The notes below the pieces were generated by a model that had not been told where the DNA came from, made no database searches, and saw only the letters and a list, made by a program, of their open reading frames with translations. From positions 111,049 to 175,048 of the forward strand of contig URDG01000001.1 in NCBI GenBank assembly GCA_900546515.1: 64,000 nt of DNA. Direction: 5' to 3'. This DNA is from an uncultured Eubacteriales bacterium (GTDB lineage: Bacteria > Bacillota > Clostridia > Oscillospirales > Oscillospiraceae). The translations under genes and the position numbers were made by a program. The first letter of the stretch is position 1, and every line of letters begins with the position of its first letter. Shown here one piece after another: positions 34,935 to 43,831 of the stretch.

Positions 34935-36065
34935 TTATATTCGTTTATCTAAAATTTCTGTGTACTCTCGTCTGAACTCGCCGAAAGAGCCTGCGTCGAG
35001 GCTGTCCCGGATCTTTTTAGTCAGGCTGTTATAGAAATAGAGGTTATGCATCACAGCAAGACGCATTGCCAGCATCTCTTCAGCTTTGAAAAGATGACGG
35101 ACATATGCGCGCGAGTACCTGCGGCATACCGGGCAATCGCATTGAGGGTCTACCGGCAGTGAATCTTTTGCATATTTCTCGTTTTTAATATTTATGATTC
35201 CGCTCCACGTAAAAAGATGACCGTGCCTGCCGTTGCGCGCCGGCATAACGCAATCAAAGAAATCCACGCCGCGGTATACGCTCTCTATAATATTCCCCGG
35301 CGTACCGACGCCCATTAAGTAGCGCGGCTTATCCTTGGGCATATATTCCTCAACCGCCTCTATAGTGTCATACATCTCCTGATGCGTCTCCCCGACCGCA
35401 AGGCCGCCGATAGCATAGCCCGGAAGATCGAGCTCGGCGATTTTCTTCATATGCTCTATGCGAATATCATGGTAAACCGCCCCCTGATTAATGCCAAAAA
35501 GCATCTGCCCGGGATTTACCGCATCATCGCGGCTGTTATACTCTGCCAGCGCCTTCTTGCAACGCTCCAGCCAGCGGACTGTGCGGGCGCATGACTTTTC
35601 CACATAGTCTCTCGGCGACGGTATCTTTATACACTCATCGAACGCCATTGCGATGTCTGAACCGAGATTTGACTGGATACGCATGCTCTCTTCCGGCCCC
35701 ATGAATATATGCCGGCCGTCTACGTGTGAATTGAATTTCACGCCTTCTTCAGTTATTTTTCGCAGCTTTGCCAGAGAAAATATCTGGAATCCGCCACTGT
35801 CGGTGAGTATGGGGCCGTCCCATGTCATGAACTTATGCAGTCCTCCCATCTCCTTGACGAGCTCGTCACCGGGTCTGACATGAAGATGATAGGTGTTGGA
35901 AAGCTCGACCTGACACCCTATCTCTTTGAGGTCGCGCGCTGATAACGCGCCCTTTATGGCCCCCTGTGTGCCGACGTTCATGAATACAGGGGTCTGAACT
36001 ATTCCATGCGGAGTCTCCAGTTCCCCGCGTCGTGCGTGCCCCTCCTGCTTGATAAGCTTGTACAT
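34935..36065 (-). CDS. tgt: tRNA-guanine transglycosylase
   Basis: TPVFMNVGT, LTDSGGFQ, AFDEC and the zinc site CDCPVC...H are present. Confidence 0.95.
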   Translation of the reverse strand: MYKLIKQEGHARRGELETPHGIVQTPVFMNVGTQGAIKGALSARDLKEIGCQVELSNTYHLHVRPGDELVKEMGGLHKFMTWDGPILTDSGGFQIFSLAKLRKITEEGVKFNSHVDGRHIFMGPEESMRIQSNLGSDIAMAFDECIKIPSPRDYVEKSCARTVRWLERCKKALAEYNSRDDAVNPGQMLFGINQGAVYHDIRIEHMKKIAELDLPGYAIGGLAVGETHQEMYDTIEAVEEYMPKDKPRYLMGVGTPGNIIESVYRGVDFFDCVMPARNGRHGHLFTWSGIINIKNEKYAKDSLPVDPQCDCPVCRRYSRAYVRHLFKAEEMLAMRLAVMHNLYFYNSLTKKIRDSLDAGSFGEFRREYTEILDKRI

Positions 36066-36127
36066 TATTTACCTCTCTAAGAACGGTTGGTTATATAGTT
36101 ACTGTCTATATGTACAATAACTGATTA

Positions 36128-36156
36128 TATTTTACCTAAACGCAGCGCAGCCGTCA
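36128..36156 (-). promoter_or_regulatory. Sigma-A-type promoter candidate for tgt
   Basis: Minus strand: TTGACG (36151-36156), 17-nt spacer, TAAAAT (36128-36133). Confidence 0.45.
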
Positions 36157-36205
36157 AGCCTGCTGTGCGATTTATTGAATATGCTTATCAAATTTATAAT
36201 ATACA

Positions 36206-36249
36206 GTCAAAAACAAAAAGGAGCTGCGCTGTATGCAGCACAACTCCTT
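36206..36249 (-). terminator. Second (distal) terminator after the 2494-aa gene
   Basis: An imperfect stem AAAGGAG...CTCCTTT (36216-36249) is followed on the minus strand by UUUUUGUUUUU. Confidence 0.7.
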
Positions 36250-36302
36250 TCTGATATTCTGCGTTTTCTATTTGTCTGTATAGAACCGCAAAACAATTTT
36301 CG

Positions 36303-36340
36303 CCCAATACATGCCGCAATGCGGCATGTATTGGATTTTT
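36303..36340. terminator. Bidirectional terminator 13 nt after the stop of the 2494-aa gene
   Basis: CCAATACATGCCGC (36303-36316) pairs with GCGGCATGTATTGG (36320-36333). TTTTTT follows on the plus strand and an interrupted U-tract on the minus strand. Confidence 0.8.
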
Positions 36341-36346
36341 TGAGTT

Positions 36347-37290
36347 TTACTCGACGACCATCTTACCGTCTGCACCAAACTCATAACTTGCTTCCTTCAT
36401 CAAGCCATTAGTCTTGGTAATCCAATATTTCTGGCCGTGGACAACTTCTCCGCTTGTCTTGACATAGTAGTAGCTGCCTTTGATATTGATCAGGCCTGCA
36501 TAATATCTGCTGCCGTCCTTGTAGTAGTACAGGCTGCCATCTTCTTCAACTATGCCGTCTTTTACCAAATCTCTGAGGATCATCTTGCCATCGTTGTCGA
36601 ACTGATATGTACCCTGCTTTATTGGCACACCATTTATTGTTATACCGTTGGTCTCCGTGATCCAGTAGCTCATACCGCAGACAAGCTTTCCGCTTAAAGT
36701 TCTCGCATAATAATAGCTGCCATCATATTCAAATAATCCACGTCCGGTCTTAACGCCATCAACAAAGTAATACAGTCCGTCAGCGCTGTCAGCCTGCTGA
36801 ATACCTTGTTTATCAGTATCCTTATCATGGACAATTATACCGTCATCTCCGGGGACATACCAGATGTTTGCGGGCAAATTAAGTCCGTTTCTATATTCTT
36901 CAGTGAATCTTAATATCTGACGATTTTCACTGTAAACAACTGCTTTACCCTCATCTTCACTATCGAAGAAGTAGTAGTCCTTAACGCCATCCGTTATCAC
37001 AAGCTGGAGTCCGGCATTGACATTGACTTTGCCGTTTTCCACCCAATAGATAGCGCTGCCGTCATTGATGGGGCCGGTATGATCGCTCTTGAAGGAACCT
37101 GTATTCTCGTCAAACAGATAGCGTCCCGTTGCTGCGGAACCATCCTGTGCGGGTATCTCGCCCGACAGGCCCTTAACAACATAGCTGCTCTCATCGAAAT
37201 AGTACCACGCGCCGTCTATCTGTTTCCAACCGGGGACGGCCTTTATGCCATCAGCCAGATACGTTCTGCCGTTGGCATCATCAAGCCAGC
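36347..37290 (-). repeat. C-terminal cell-wall-binding (choline-binding-type) repeat region of the 2494-aa protein
   Basis: Repeated GW/YYY aromatic motifs: GWKQIDGAWYYFDESS, LYYFVDGVKTG, GSYYYARTLSGKLVCGMSYWITETNG and GSLYYYKDGSRYYAGLINIKGSYYYVKTSGEVVHGQKYWITKTNGL. Confidence 0.75.
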
Positions 37291-40200
37291 CGGTGAAAAC
37301 ATACTGTGCGGTATATTCGGTGCCCTGTGCCGGGGTCTTGTTGGGAAGCTCGGGGCTCCAGCCAGTGAACTTGAATACGCCGGTATAGCTTGCGCCGTCA
37401 AGCTGCTTGGCACTTATGCTGATCTCTGTGGGAATCACGGGAACGTCAATCGCAGCATCGCACTTCGACGTGATGGTTGCACTTGCATCTTCATAATCTG
37501 CGTCCTTGTAATTGAAGGTCAGGGTTATATCATTCGCAGAATAGTGTGCGTACAGCGTCAACGCGGCCTTGGGCATCACATATCCATCAAGGTCGATCGC
37601 TTCGCCGTCGCCAAGCGCACCCGTGCGCCATTCAAGCGTGTAGCCGGGTTTGGATTCCTGCGCAGATATATATGACTTGAGCAGACTGCCCCAAGGCACA
37701 TTGATGCCATCGCTTATATACGCGCTGCCATCGTCAGTCAGCAGTGTCAGTTTATATTCTGCATTTTTCCACTGAGCAACAACTGAAAGATCATGCGCAG
37801 GCATTGTAACATTTGCGGATGCGGCCAGCGTAGGATACTTAGTATCACTGCTGTCCACCCAGCCATCGAAAACATAGTCAGCTCTCGCGGGATCTTCAAC
37901 ATCTATGACGCTGCCGAATGTTACATTGCTCTCCCTGCTCTTAGAACCGTCACCATAGTCGAGCACGAGCCTGAAAGTCTTCGGGGTCTCGGTGTAATAT
38001 GCCGTGTAGACCGCTTCACCGGAAACTGTGGCGCCATCTGCAAGGATATTGCCACTTGCATCCTTCCATCCGGCGAATGTGTAGCTGTAGCCGTCACCGT
38101 CGGGTCTCGTCGGAGTAACACCGGTGTATTTGAGCGTAGAGCCATACTCTGCATTTTCCCGCTCGATCACAGTTCCATCATAGTTATTCCATGTAATCAG
38201 GCATGTATCCGGGATCCATTTTGCCGTGAGCATAAGATCTTCAGCAGGCATGGTATTGCTCTCAAACCTGGTCTCTTCGATATACCAGCCGCCGAAGGTA
38301 TAACCGGTCCTGCTTGGACTCGGAAGAGTGATCGTCGAATTATAGTCTGCTGTAATACTTTCAGTCATCGGGCCTCCGTTGCCGTTAAAGCTTATCGTAT
38401 ACTTATTGACCGTCCAGAAACCGTACAACTCAATATTTCCGGCAGGCATGGTATCCGGCAGAGTATAAGACTTTGTATATTCTGCATCGCTATACCAACC
38501 CTTGAAAGTATAGCCGGTCTTATCGGCACGTATATTTACATCAGCTATATTAGCGCCATACGTGACAGAATACGTCTCAAGGTCATTTATCCTGCCGTGA
38601 ACCGTTATCGTGTAGGTATTGATCACAAATTTGGCATTCAGCTCAATATTTCCAGCAGGCATGAGTCCGCCAGCCGGAATGCCGTCCCATCCGGTGAATG
38701 TATAGCCTTCAAGCACAGGTGTATATTCTTCTATGCTGCTGTTGATCTCAGCACCGCAGTGTAATTCAACAGTGTGCCAAACAGCCCCATTAACCTTCAG
38801 CGTTACCGCAAAGTTTATAGCGCTGAACTTTGCGTTTATGGTGATATCCTCAGCGGGCATGTGTATAAGATCTGTATCCCAGCCGGTAAAGTTGTACCCC
38901 TCCTTGGAAGGAGCTGCGGGCGCAGGTATTGGCTGGCCATATGTCACATCTTTTTCTTCATACACTTTACCGTCAACATAGAACGTAGCCTTATAGGTGT
39001 TCGGCGTCATCTTTGCATAAAGGACAATGTCGCTTGCCGGCATGGTATCGGGATAGGTATATTTGTCTCCGGTGCAGCCGCTATTATCATACCAGCCGCC
39101 GAACGTATGTCCGGTAATTTCAGGAGTACCCGTGTACTTATCGTCATCGCTTATATTATCACCGAAGTGCTTGACACCAGACTCATGTATCTTTTCGCCG
39201 TTTACCATATATATGATACGGTACTCTTTTTGCGTCCAGCTGGCATAAAGTGTGAGGTCTTTGCTTGCACTAAACTTAACGCCGGGAAGATATACAAGTT
39301 TACCGTCTCCATCGACCCAGCCGTTGAAGGTCCAGCCTTCCTTTGTGAGTGTCGGCGCAGTAACTGTATCACCGTGAGAATATGTGCCGCCCTCAACCTC
39401 CGTGTCATTATCCATAAACTTCAGGCTGTATTGATTAGATCTCCACTTTGCGGCCAGAGTGAGGTTTTCGGCAGGCATTGTTTCGGGGATTTCAGCATAG
39501 GTCGTTTCGTTTTCGCCTGTTATCATCCAGCCGTCGAAGGTGTATCCCTCTCTCACGCCGCAGTCGAACTGACTGCTGTCTATCGTGTCGCCAAACTTAA
39601 GACCGGTTATTACAGTGGACACACCTTCCTCGCGTACAACAGTTATCGTGAAGTAACGTGTTGTCTCCTCATACTGTGCTGTATATGTACGCTCGCTTGC
39701 ATCTTCTATTTTCTCCGGTACAGGATTCCAGCCGGTGAATGTATAAACCGTGGTTGCTGTCGGGGCCTTTGACGGAGTACCCGTATATTGGGGTATTGTG
39801 CCGTAGTCAACGTAGGCTACTACGTTCTTCTCCGGGTCATTTTCATCAATTACCCATGTAACCTTGTGCTGCGTGGTGCTCTCATTGAACACTGCCGTAT
39901 AGGTCGTATCAGCATCAGCAGCAGTGGGTTCAGGCTGCCAGTGATCAAAGGTATACGTACGTTTCACGGTTACTTCCACAAGACTATCGGTATTGGAATA
40001 CGCAGGAATAGAGCCCTTTGTAACATAAACAACTTCTGATGTAGTTTCCTTACTGGAAGGCCAAGTTATTTCCCAAGTGATCTTTACGCCTGTACGCGGG
40101 ATCTCCTCGCCCTTCTTAAGAAGAGTGTTGCACACTGAGCAGTAAGTATCGCCGGTATAACCGTTCTCAGAAAGGGTCGCTTCTTTCGCGTTACGAATTT

Positions 40201-43200
40201 CCTCCGTGTGACCCTTTGCGGGAACCACGGTCTGAGCGACGAGAACCTCGTTGCAGACGGAGCAGTGCTTGCCCTCGGTCTTGCCCGTCTCCGTGCACGT
40301 TGCTTCTACCGCCGCGTCTATGACTTCCGTGTGACCCGTTGCGGGAATCTCAGTCTGAGCGACGAGAACTTTGTTGCAGACAGAGCAGTGCTTGCCCTCA
40401 GTCTTGCCCGGCTTCGTGCACGTTGCTTCTACCGCCGCGTCTGTCACTGTAACATGACCCTTTTTGGGGATAACGGTCAAGCCGGAAAGAGTGGCACCGC
40501 AGACTGAGCATTTTGTTCCGGCTTCATAACCGGCCTCAGTGCAAGTAGCAGGCTTCCCAGGCACCTCAACTGAAGTATGGCCTGTTGCCGAGATTGCTTC
40601 AGTTTTTGTTTCATTGCACACTGTGCATGTGTAGGTCTTTACGCCGTCCTCGGTGCAGGTCGCAGCCGTTGTAACCTTACCTTCGTCCCAAGAGTGACCC
40701 TTTGCGGGAATCTCAGTCTGAACAACGATAACCTCATTGCAGACGGAGCAGTGCTTGCCCTCGGTCTTGCCCGGAGTTGTGCATGTTGCTTCTACTGCCG
40801 GGTCTATCACTTCCGTATGGCCCGTTGCGAGGATGCCCTCGCCATCAGCAATTTTTTCGCCGCAAGTCTTGCAGTAAGTATCACCAGTGTAGCCTTTTTC
40901 GGTGCAGGTTGCAGCCTTGGCACCACGGACTTCGGTCTCACCATGTGCACATTTCCACTGTGCATAGAGGGTAATATTTTCCGTTAAAGCAACTTTAGTT
41001 CCAGCAGCATAAGCTGTACCGGGATTATCAGTGGTCGGTGCTGCCGCAGTGTTCCATCCGGTAAATGTATAGCCCTCGCGTGTGAAGGTATTGGCGCTGA
41101 TGGTTACTTCAGTTCCCTTTTTAACCGTCTGCGCATCCATAGTGCCGGTGCCGCCGTTTGCGCCATAGGTAACAGTTACAGCCTCAGCCCAATTTGCATA
41201 AAGGGTAATATGAATTCCTTTTTCCTCGAGCTGGCCAGCGGTAAGTGTGAAGCGGTCTTTATCAAGGAAATCATCTGTACCGCTGTCTACAGAAAATGCC
41301 CAGCCGGTAAACATGTACCCATCTTTTGTGAATGTGCATGCAGGCAGAGAATTATCGGCTGCCGGAACTACACCGTTTACGATATCATAAACCACAGGCT
41401 CCATAGCATCGGCGCCGCCGTTTGCGTCAAACGAGACCTCGACCGCCTGTTTCCACAGCGCATAAAGATCTATAGAGCTGTTATACTTCTCGCCCTCATT
41501 CGCTTTGAAGATATCCTCTGTTATCTCCGCGCCGTCGGCAAGATCCGCCTTTTCAGCGGTATCCGACTTGCCCCAGCCAACAAAAAGCTGATATTCTCCA
41601 TCTCTATTAAACGGGGATACGCCATTTGTAGTTGTTTCTTTCTGAATAGTCGCGATAGTATCGAGTTTTGCACCCTTAAAGTCTGTTATCTCCTGCTTAT
41701 AAACATTATCAACAGGTGCTCCGCCTTTTTCATAGTTTGCATGGAAAATCACGCTCCATGCTTCTCCGCCCCAGAAGCCATTGACATAGTTAATGGTATC
41801 GCCGGCGCTTGCGGTCGCGGTTTCGGTGTAGGTTCCGTTTGCATTATGCAGCTTGGCAGCGGTGATGGGGATGGTCACCGCACTATTGCCATTTGCATTA
41901 TACTGATAGGTTGCGGTCGCCGTGCCAGGTGTGCCCTGCTGAATGTACTTGCCGGTGCCATTGCTGGAGCAGATATCTGCACTGCCATTGGTAGTGTAGA
42001 TGGCGCCAATAGCCGTTACGCTGCCGTTCACATCCATCTTCGCATCAACCAAGTCTTTATCGGAGCGGTTGTATGCCTTACCCGGCGCATAGGCCACAGA
42101 CTTAAACTTGCAAGGACCCCAGACGAAGTTGTCGGAGTTCCACTCATCGCTGTCATAGAAATAGATATTCTTCCCGCTTGCAACCGTCAGACCAGCGCCC
42201 TCCGCAATATTGACCTCAACGCCCGCCAGCAGTGCCGCGTCCTGATTGATGGTCACATTTCCGGACTGGATATTGATGGTGATGTTGTTGGTGATAGGCA
42301 GTACGTAGCTTGCAGAGTTGACATTCATGCTCGCAAGCTTTAGCGACAACGTGTTCAATGCCGCCTCGCCGTTTACTGTGAATACAAGGCGATCCGTCTT
42401 TTCATCGTAATCCTTAGTAAAGCTACCGGATTCCACTTTGAACATACCGGTGTCGCCAATGAAATTAATAGCAGTAGTATATGTGCTCTTCATTGCATAA
42501 ACGCCGCTATAAACCTGTTCGTTAGCGCCGGCATTCAACGTCAAGGGAACTTCGATGTTTTGTACGAAGTACTGCGAAAATGGGAACACCCCATGGCCCA
42601 TGCCGGAAGATGCGCCGCCGCCGCGGAAGTCTGCAATCTGATAGAATTCGTACACCGTAGCGCCGGATTCCGCCAGAACAGAGCCGCTGCCGGAGATAAA
42701 GCCCCATGCATAGAGATTACCGCCGTTCTTGACCGTGATGGAACTATTGTCCGCCATTTTGATGTATCCATAATCACCAACGGGACGTCCCTGCTCACTA
42801 CCGCCAGCAGCAAAATATCTGCCGCCCAGGCTGATGGCGCCATTGACGGTAATGGACGTGCCTTCGCTCATCGTCAGCGTCCGGAAAGGATTAGACGCGG
42901 GAGTCGTCCGAATCGCCGCAGGAGCATCCGTATACAGTGTCCCTGCCGCGTCGAAGGGGATCAACAGCGTGATTCCCGCCGGGATGGTATAAGTACCGCT
43001 GATTGAGCCATCAGTAGCCAAGGTAATCTTGGACTGGCCGTTTGCCTGTGCATAGGAAACCGCATCACCCAAATCGTCAAACCGCTGGCCGCCGGTTTCA
43101 AACAGGGCCGCCGTTTTACTTGCGAACCGCGCTGTGATGGTGCAGTCGCTTTCAATGTTCAGCGCAGCCTTTGCAGACGTGCTGATATATTTCCCGTTAG

Positions 43201-43831
43201 AAGCATTATACCAGCCCATGAACTGATAACCAGCCGCCGGGGTTGCTACCACATTATAAGCAGTCATGGCGCTTTGCGTTTTGCTGTATTCCTCGGTAAT
43301 GGTGTTTCCGTCTACTGTATAAGTACCGTTTTCAGCAGGCTGGAAAGTCACAGTCGCAGTAACGTCGCTTACCAGAACCACATTGGTAAGGGTAATCTTA
43401 GTGGCAACAGTACTGCCGGATTTGATGTATACTTTAACGGACTCGTTTGCTGCCAGTTCCTTGGTAAAACTGGCACCCGAAGAAACTTCTTTACCATCCA
43501 CCTGAATCGTTCCGCTATTTTGCTCAATAGCATAGTCAAAGGAAAGGGTCGCTGTTGTCGACTTCTTATTTATAATTGTCAGTGTGGATATATAGGATGT
43601 ATCGCTGCATGTTCCGCCTGTGCTGGTAACTGAACCGGTAATGGTTGTACCCGTGGCCGTCCATGCATCATCTGCGTCACCAGTAAAACTTAGTCCAATG
43701 TTCTCATCGGCCAGACCGGTCACGGTGCCGCTGATCACTGCATAGGCCGGAATCTCAAATGCAGGCAGAAGTGACAGCACCATGAGAAATGCAAGGGTAA
43801 GTGACAGAAAACGCTTTATAACAGTTTTCAT
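36347..43831 (-). CDS. Giant secreted, wall-binding, multi-repeat surface protein (2494 aa)
   Basis: SPase I signal peptide (LLPAFEIPAYA-V). The roughly 680-aa N-terminal region is Gly/Asn/Thr-rich and beta-helix-like. Listeria-Bacteroides-type B repeats (GYTFTGW..LYAxW) are followed by seven Cys-rich repeats and about 13 more B repeats. The C-terminus carries aromatic cell-wall-binding repeats (GWxxxDGxWYYF, YYYV...YWITKTNG). Confidence 0.85.
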   Translation of the reverse strand: MKTVIKRFLSLTLAFLMVLSLLPAFEIPAYAVISGTVTGLADENIGLSFTGDADDAWTATGTTITGSVTSTGGTCSDTSYISTLTIINKKSTTATLSFDYAIEQNSGTIQVDGKEVSSGASFTKELAANESVKVYIKSGSTVATKITLTNVVLVSDVTATVTFQPAENGTYTVDGNTITEEYSKTQSAMTAYNVVATPAAGYQFMGWYNASNGKYISTSAKAALNIESDCTITARFASKTAALFETGGQRFDDLGDAVSYAQANGQSKITLATDGSISGTYTIPAGITLLIPFDAAGTLYTDAPAAIRTTPASNPFRTLTMSEGTSITVNGAISLGGRYFAAGGSEQGRPVGDYGYIKMADNSSITVKNGGNLYAWGFISGSGSVLAESGATVYEFYQIADFRGGGASSGMGHGVFPFSQYFVQNIEVPLTLNAGANEQVYSGVYAMKSTYTTAINFIGDTGMFKVESGSFTKDYDEKTDRLVFTVNGEAALNTLSLKLASMNVNSASYVLPITNNITINIQSGNVTINQDAALLAGVEVNIAEGAGLTVASGKNIYFYDSDEWNSDNFVWGPCKFKSVAYAPGKAYNRSDKDLVDAKMDVNGSVTAIGAIYTTNGSADICSSNGTGKYIQQGTPGTATATYQYNANGNSAVTIPITAAKLHNANGTYTETATASAGDTINYVNGFWGGEAWSVIFHANYEKGGAPVDNVYKQEITDFKGAKLDTIATIQKETTTNGVSPFNRDGEYQLFVGWGKSDTAEKADLADGAEITEDIFKANEGEKYNSSIDLYALWKQAVEVSFDANGGADAMEPVVYDIVNGVVPAADNSLPACTFTKDGYMFTGWAFSVDSGTDDFLDKDRFTLTAGQLEEKGIHITLYANWAEAVTVTYGANGGTGTMDAQTVKKGTEVTISANTFTREGYTFTGWNTAAAPTTDNPGTAYAAGTKVALTENITLYAQWKCAHGETEVRGAKAATCTEKGYTGDTYCKTCGEKIADGEGILATGHTEVIDPAVEATCTTPGKTEGKHCSVCNEVIVVQTEIPAKGHSWDEGKVTTAATCTEDGVKTYTCTVCNETKTEAISATGHTSVEVPGKPATCTEAGYEAGTKCSVCGATLSGLTVIPKKGHVTVTDAAVEATCTKPGKTEGKHCSVCNKVLVAQTEIPATGHTEVIDAAVEATCTETGKTEGKHCSVCNEVLVAQTVVPAKGHTEEIRNAKEATLSENGYTGDTYCSVCNTLLKKGEEIPRTGVKITWEITWPSSKETTSEVVYVTKGSIPAYSNTDSLVEVTVKRTYTFDHWQPEPTAADADTTYTAVFNESTTQHKVTWVIDENDPEKNVVAYVDYGTIPQYTGTPSKAPTATTVYTFTGWNPVPEKIEDASERTYTAQYEETTRYFTITVVREEGVSTVITGLKFGDTIDSSQFDCGVREGYTFDGWMITGENETTYAEIPETMPAENLTLAAKWRSNQYSLKFMDNDTEVEGGTYSHGDTVTAPTLTKEGWTFNGWVDGDGKLVYLPGVKFSASKDLTLYASWTQKEYRIIYMVNGEKIHESGVKHFGDNISDDDKYTGTPEITGHTFGGWYDNSGCTGDKYTYPDTMPASDIVLYAKMTPNTYKATFYVDGKVYEEKDVTYGQPIPAPAAPSKEGYNFTGWDTDLIHMPAEDITINAKFSAINFAVTLKVNGAVWHTVELHCGAEINSSIEEYTPVLEGYTFTGWDGIPAGGLMPAGNIELNAKFVINTYTITVHGRINDLETYSVTYGANIADVNIRADKTGYTFKGWYSDAEYTKSYTLPDTMPAGNIELYGFWTVNKYTISFNGNGGPMTESITADYNSTITLPSPSRTGYTFGGWYIEETRFESNTMPAEDLMLTAKWIPDTCLITWNNYDGTVIERENAEYGSTLKYTGVTPTRPDGDGYSYTFAGWKDASGNILADGATVSGEAVYTAYYTETPKTFRLVLDYGDGSKSRESNVTFGSVIDVEDPARADYVFDGWVDSSDTKYPTLAASANVTMPAHDLSVVAQWKNAEYKLTLLTDDGSAYISDGINVPWGSLLKSYISAQESKPGYTLEWRTGALGDGEAIDLDGYVMPKAALTLYAHYSANDITLTFNYKDADYEDASATITSKCDAAIDVPVIPTEISISAKQLDGASYTGVFKFTGWSPELPNKTPAQGTEYTAQYVFTGWLDDANGRTYLADGIKAVPGWKQIDGAWYYFDESSYVVKGLSGEIPAQDGSAATGRYLFDENTGSFKSDHTGPINDGSAIYWVENGKVNVNAGLQLVITDGVKDYYFFDSEDEGKAVVYSENRQILRFTEEYRNGLNLPANIWYVPGDDGIIVHDKDTDKQGIQQADSADGLYYFVDGVKTGRGLFEYDGSYYYARTLSGKLVCGMSYWITETNGITINGVPIKQGTYQFDNDGKMILRDLVKDGIVEEDGSLYYYKDGSRYYAGLINIKGSYYYVKTSGEVVHGQKYWITKTNGLMKEASYEFGADGKMVVE
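37291..40084 (-). repeat. Array of about 13 Listeria-Bacteroides-type B-repeat domains
   Basis: Units of about 70 aa recur, ending in (Y/F)xFxGW...(L)YAxW or similar. Examples: FTGWNP, FDGWMI, FNGWVD, FGGWYD, FTGWDT, FTGWDG, FKGWYS, FGGWYI, FAGWKD, FDGWVD, FTGWSP. Confidence 0.75.
40085..40951 (-). repeat. Seven tandem 39-41-aa Cys3-His repeats
   Basis: Unit consensus: GH-x8-9-ATCTxxG-x5-6-C-x2-C-x11-13-GH. Three units are near-identical at DNA level with a 123-nt period (40204-40326, 40327-40449, about 40690-40812). Confidence 0.85.

Noticed and set aside
36175-36411. A 78-aa plus-strand ORF between tgt and the 2494-aa gene.
   Set aside because: It reads through two terminator hairpins and into the 3' end of the opposite-strand gene. 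It has no RBS and a hydrophobic junk-like translation.
41210-42343. Long plus-strand ORFs antisense to the megaprotein genes. These are 41210-42343 (377 aa), 37793-38764, 38774-39772, 45458-46795 (445 aa) and 48701-49522.
   Set aside because: Their translations are low-complexity, Cys/Arg/Ile-rich, with no motifs or RBS. They lie entirely inside strongly supported minus-strand genes. Open antisense frames are expected opposite long Gly/Thr/Asn/Tyr-rich coding sequence.
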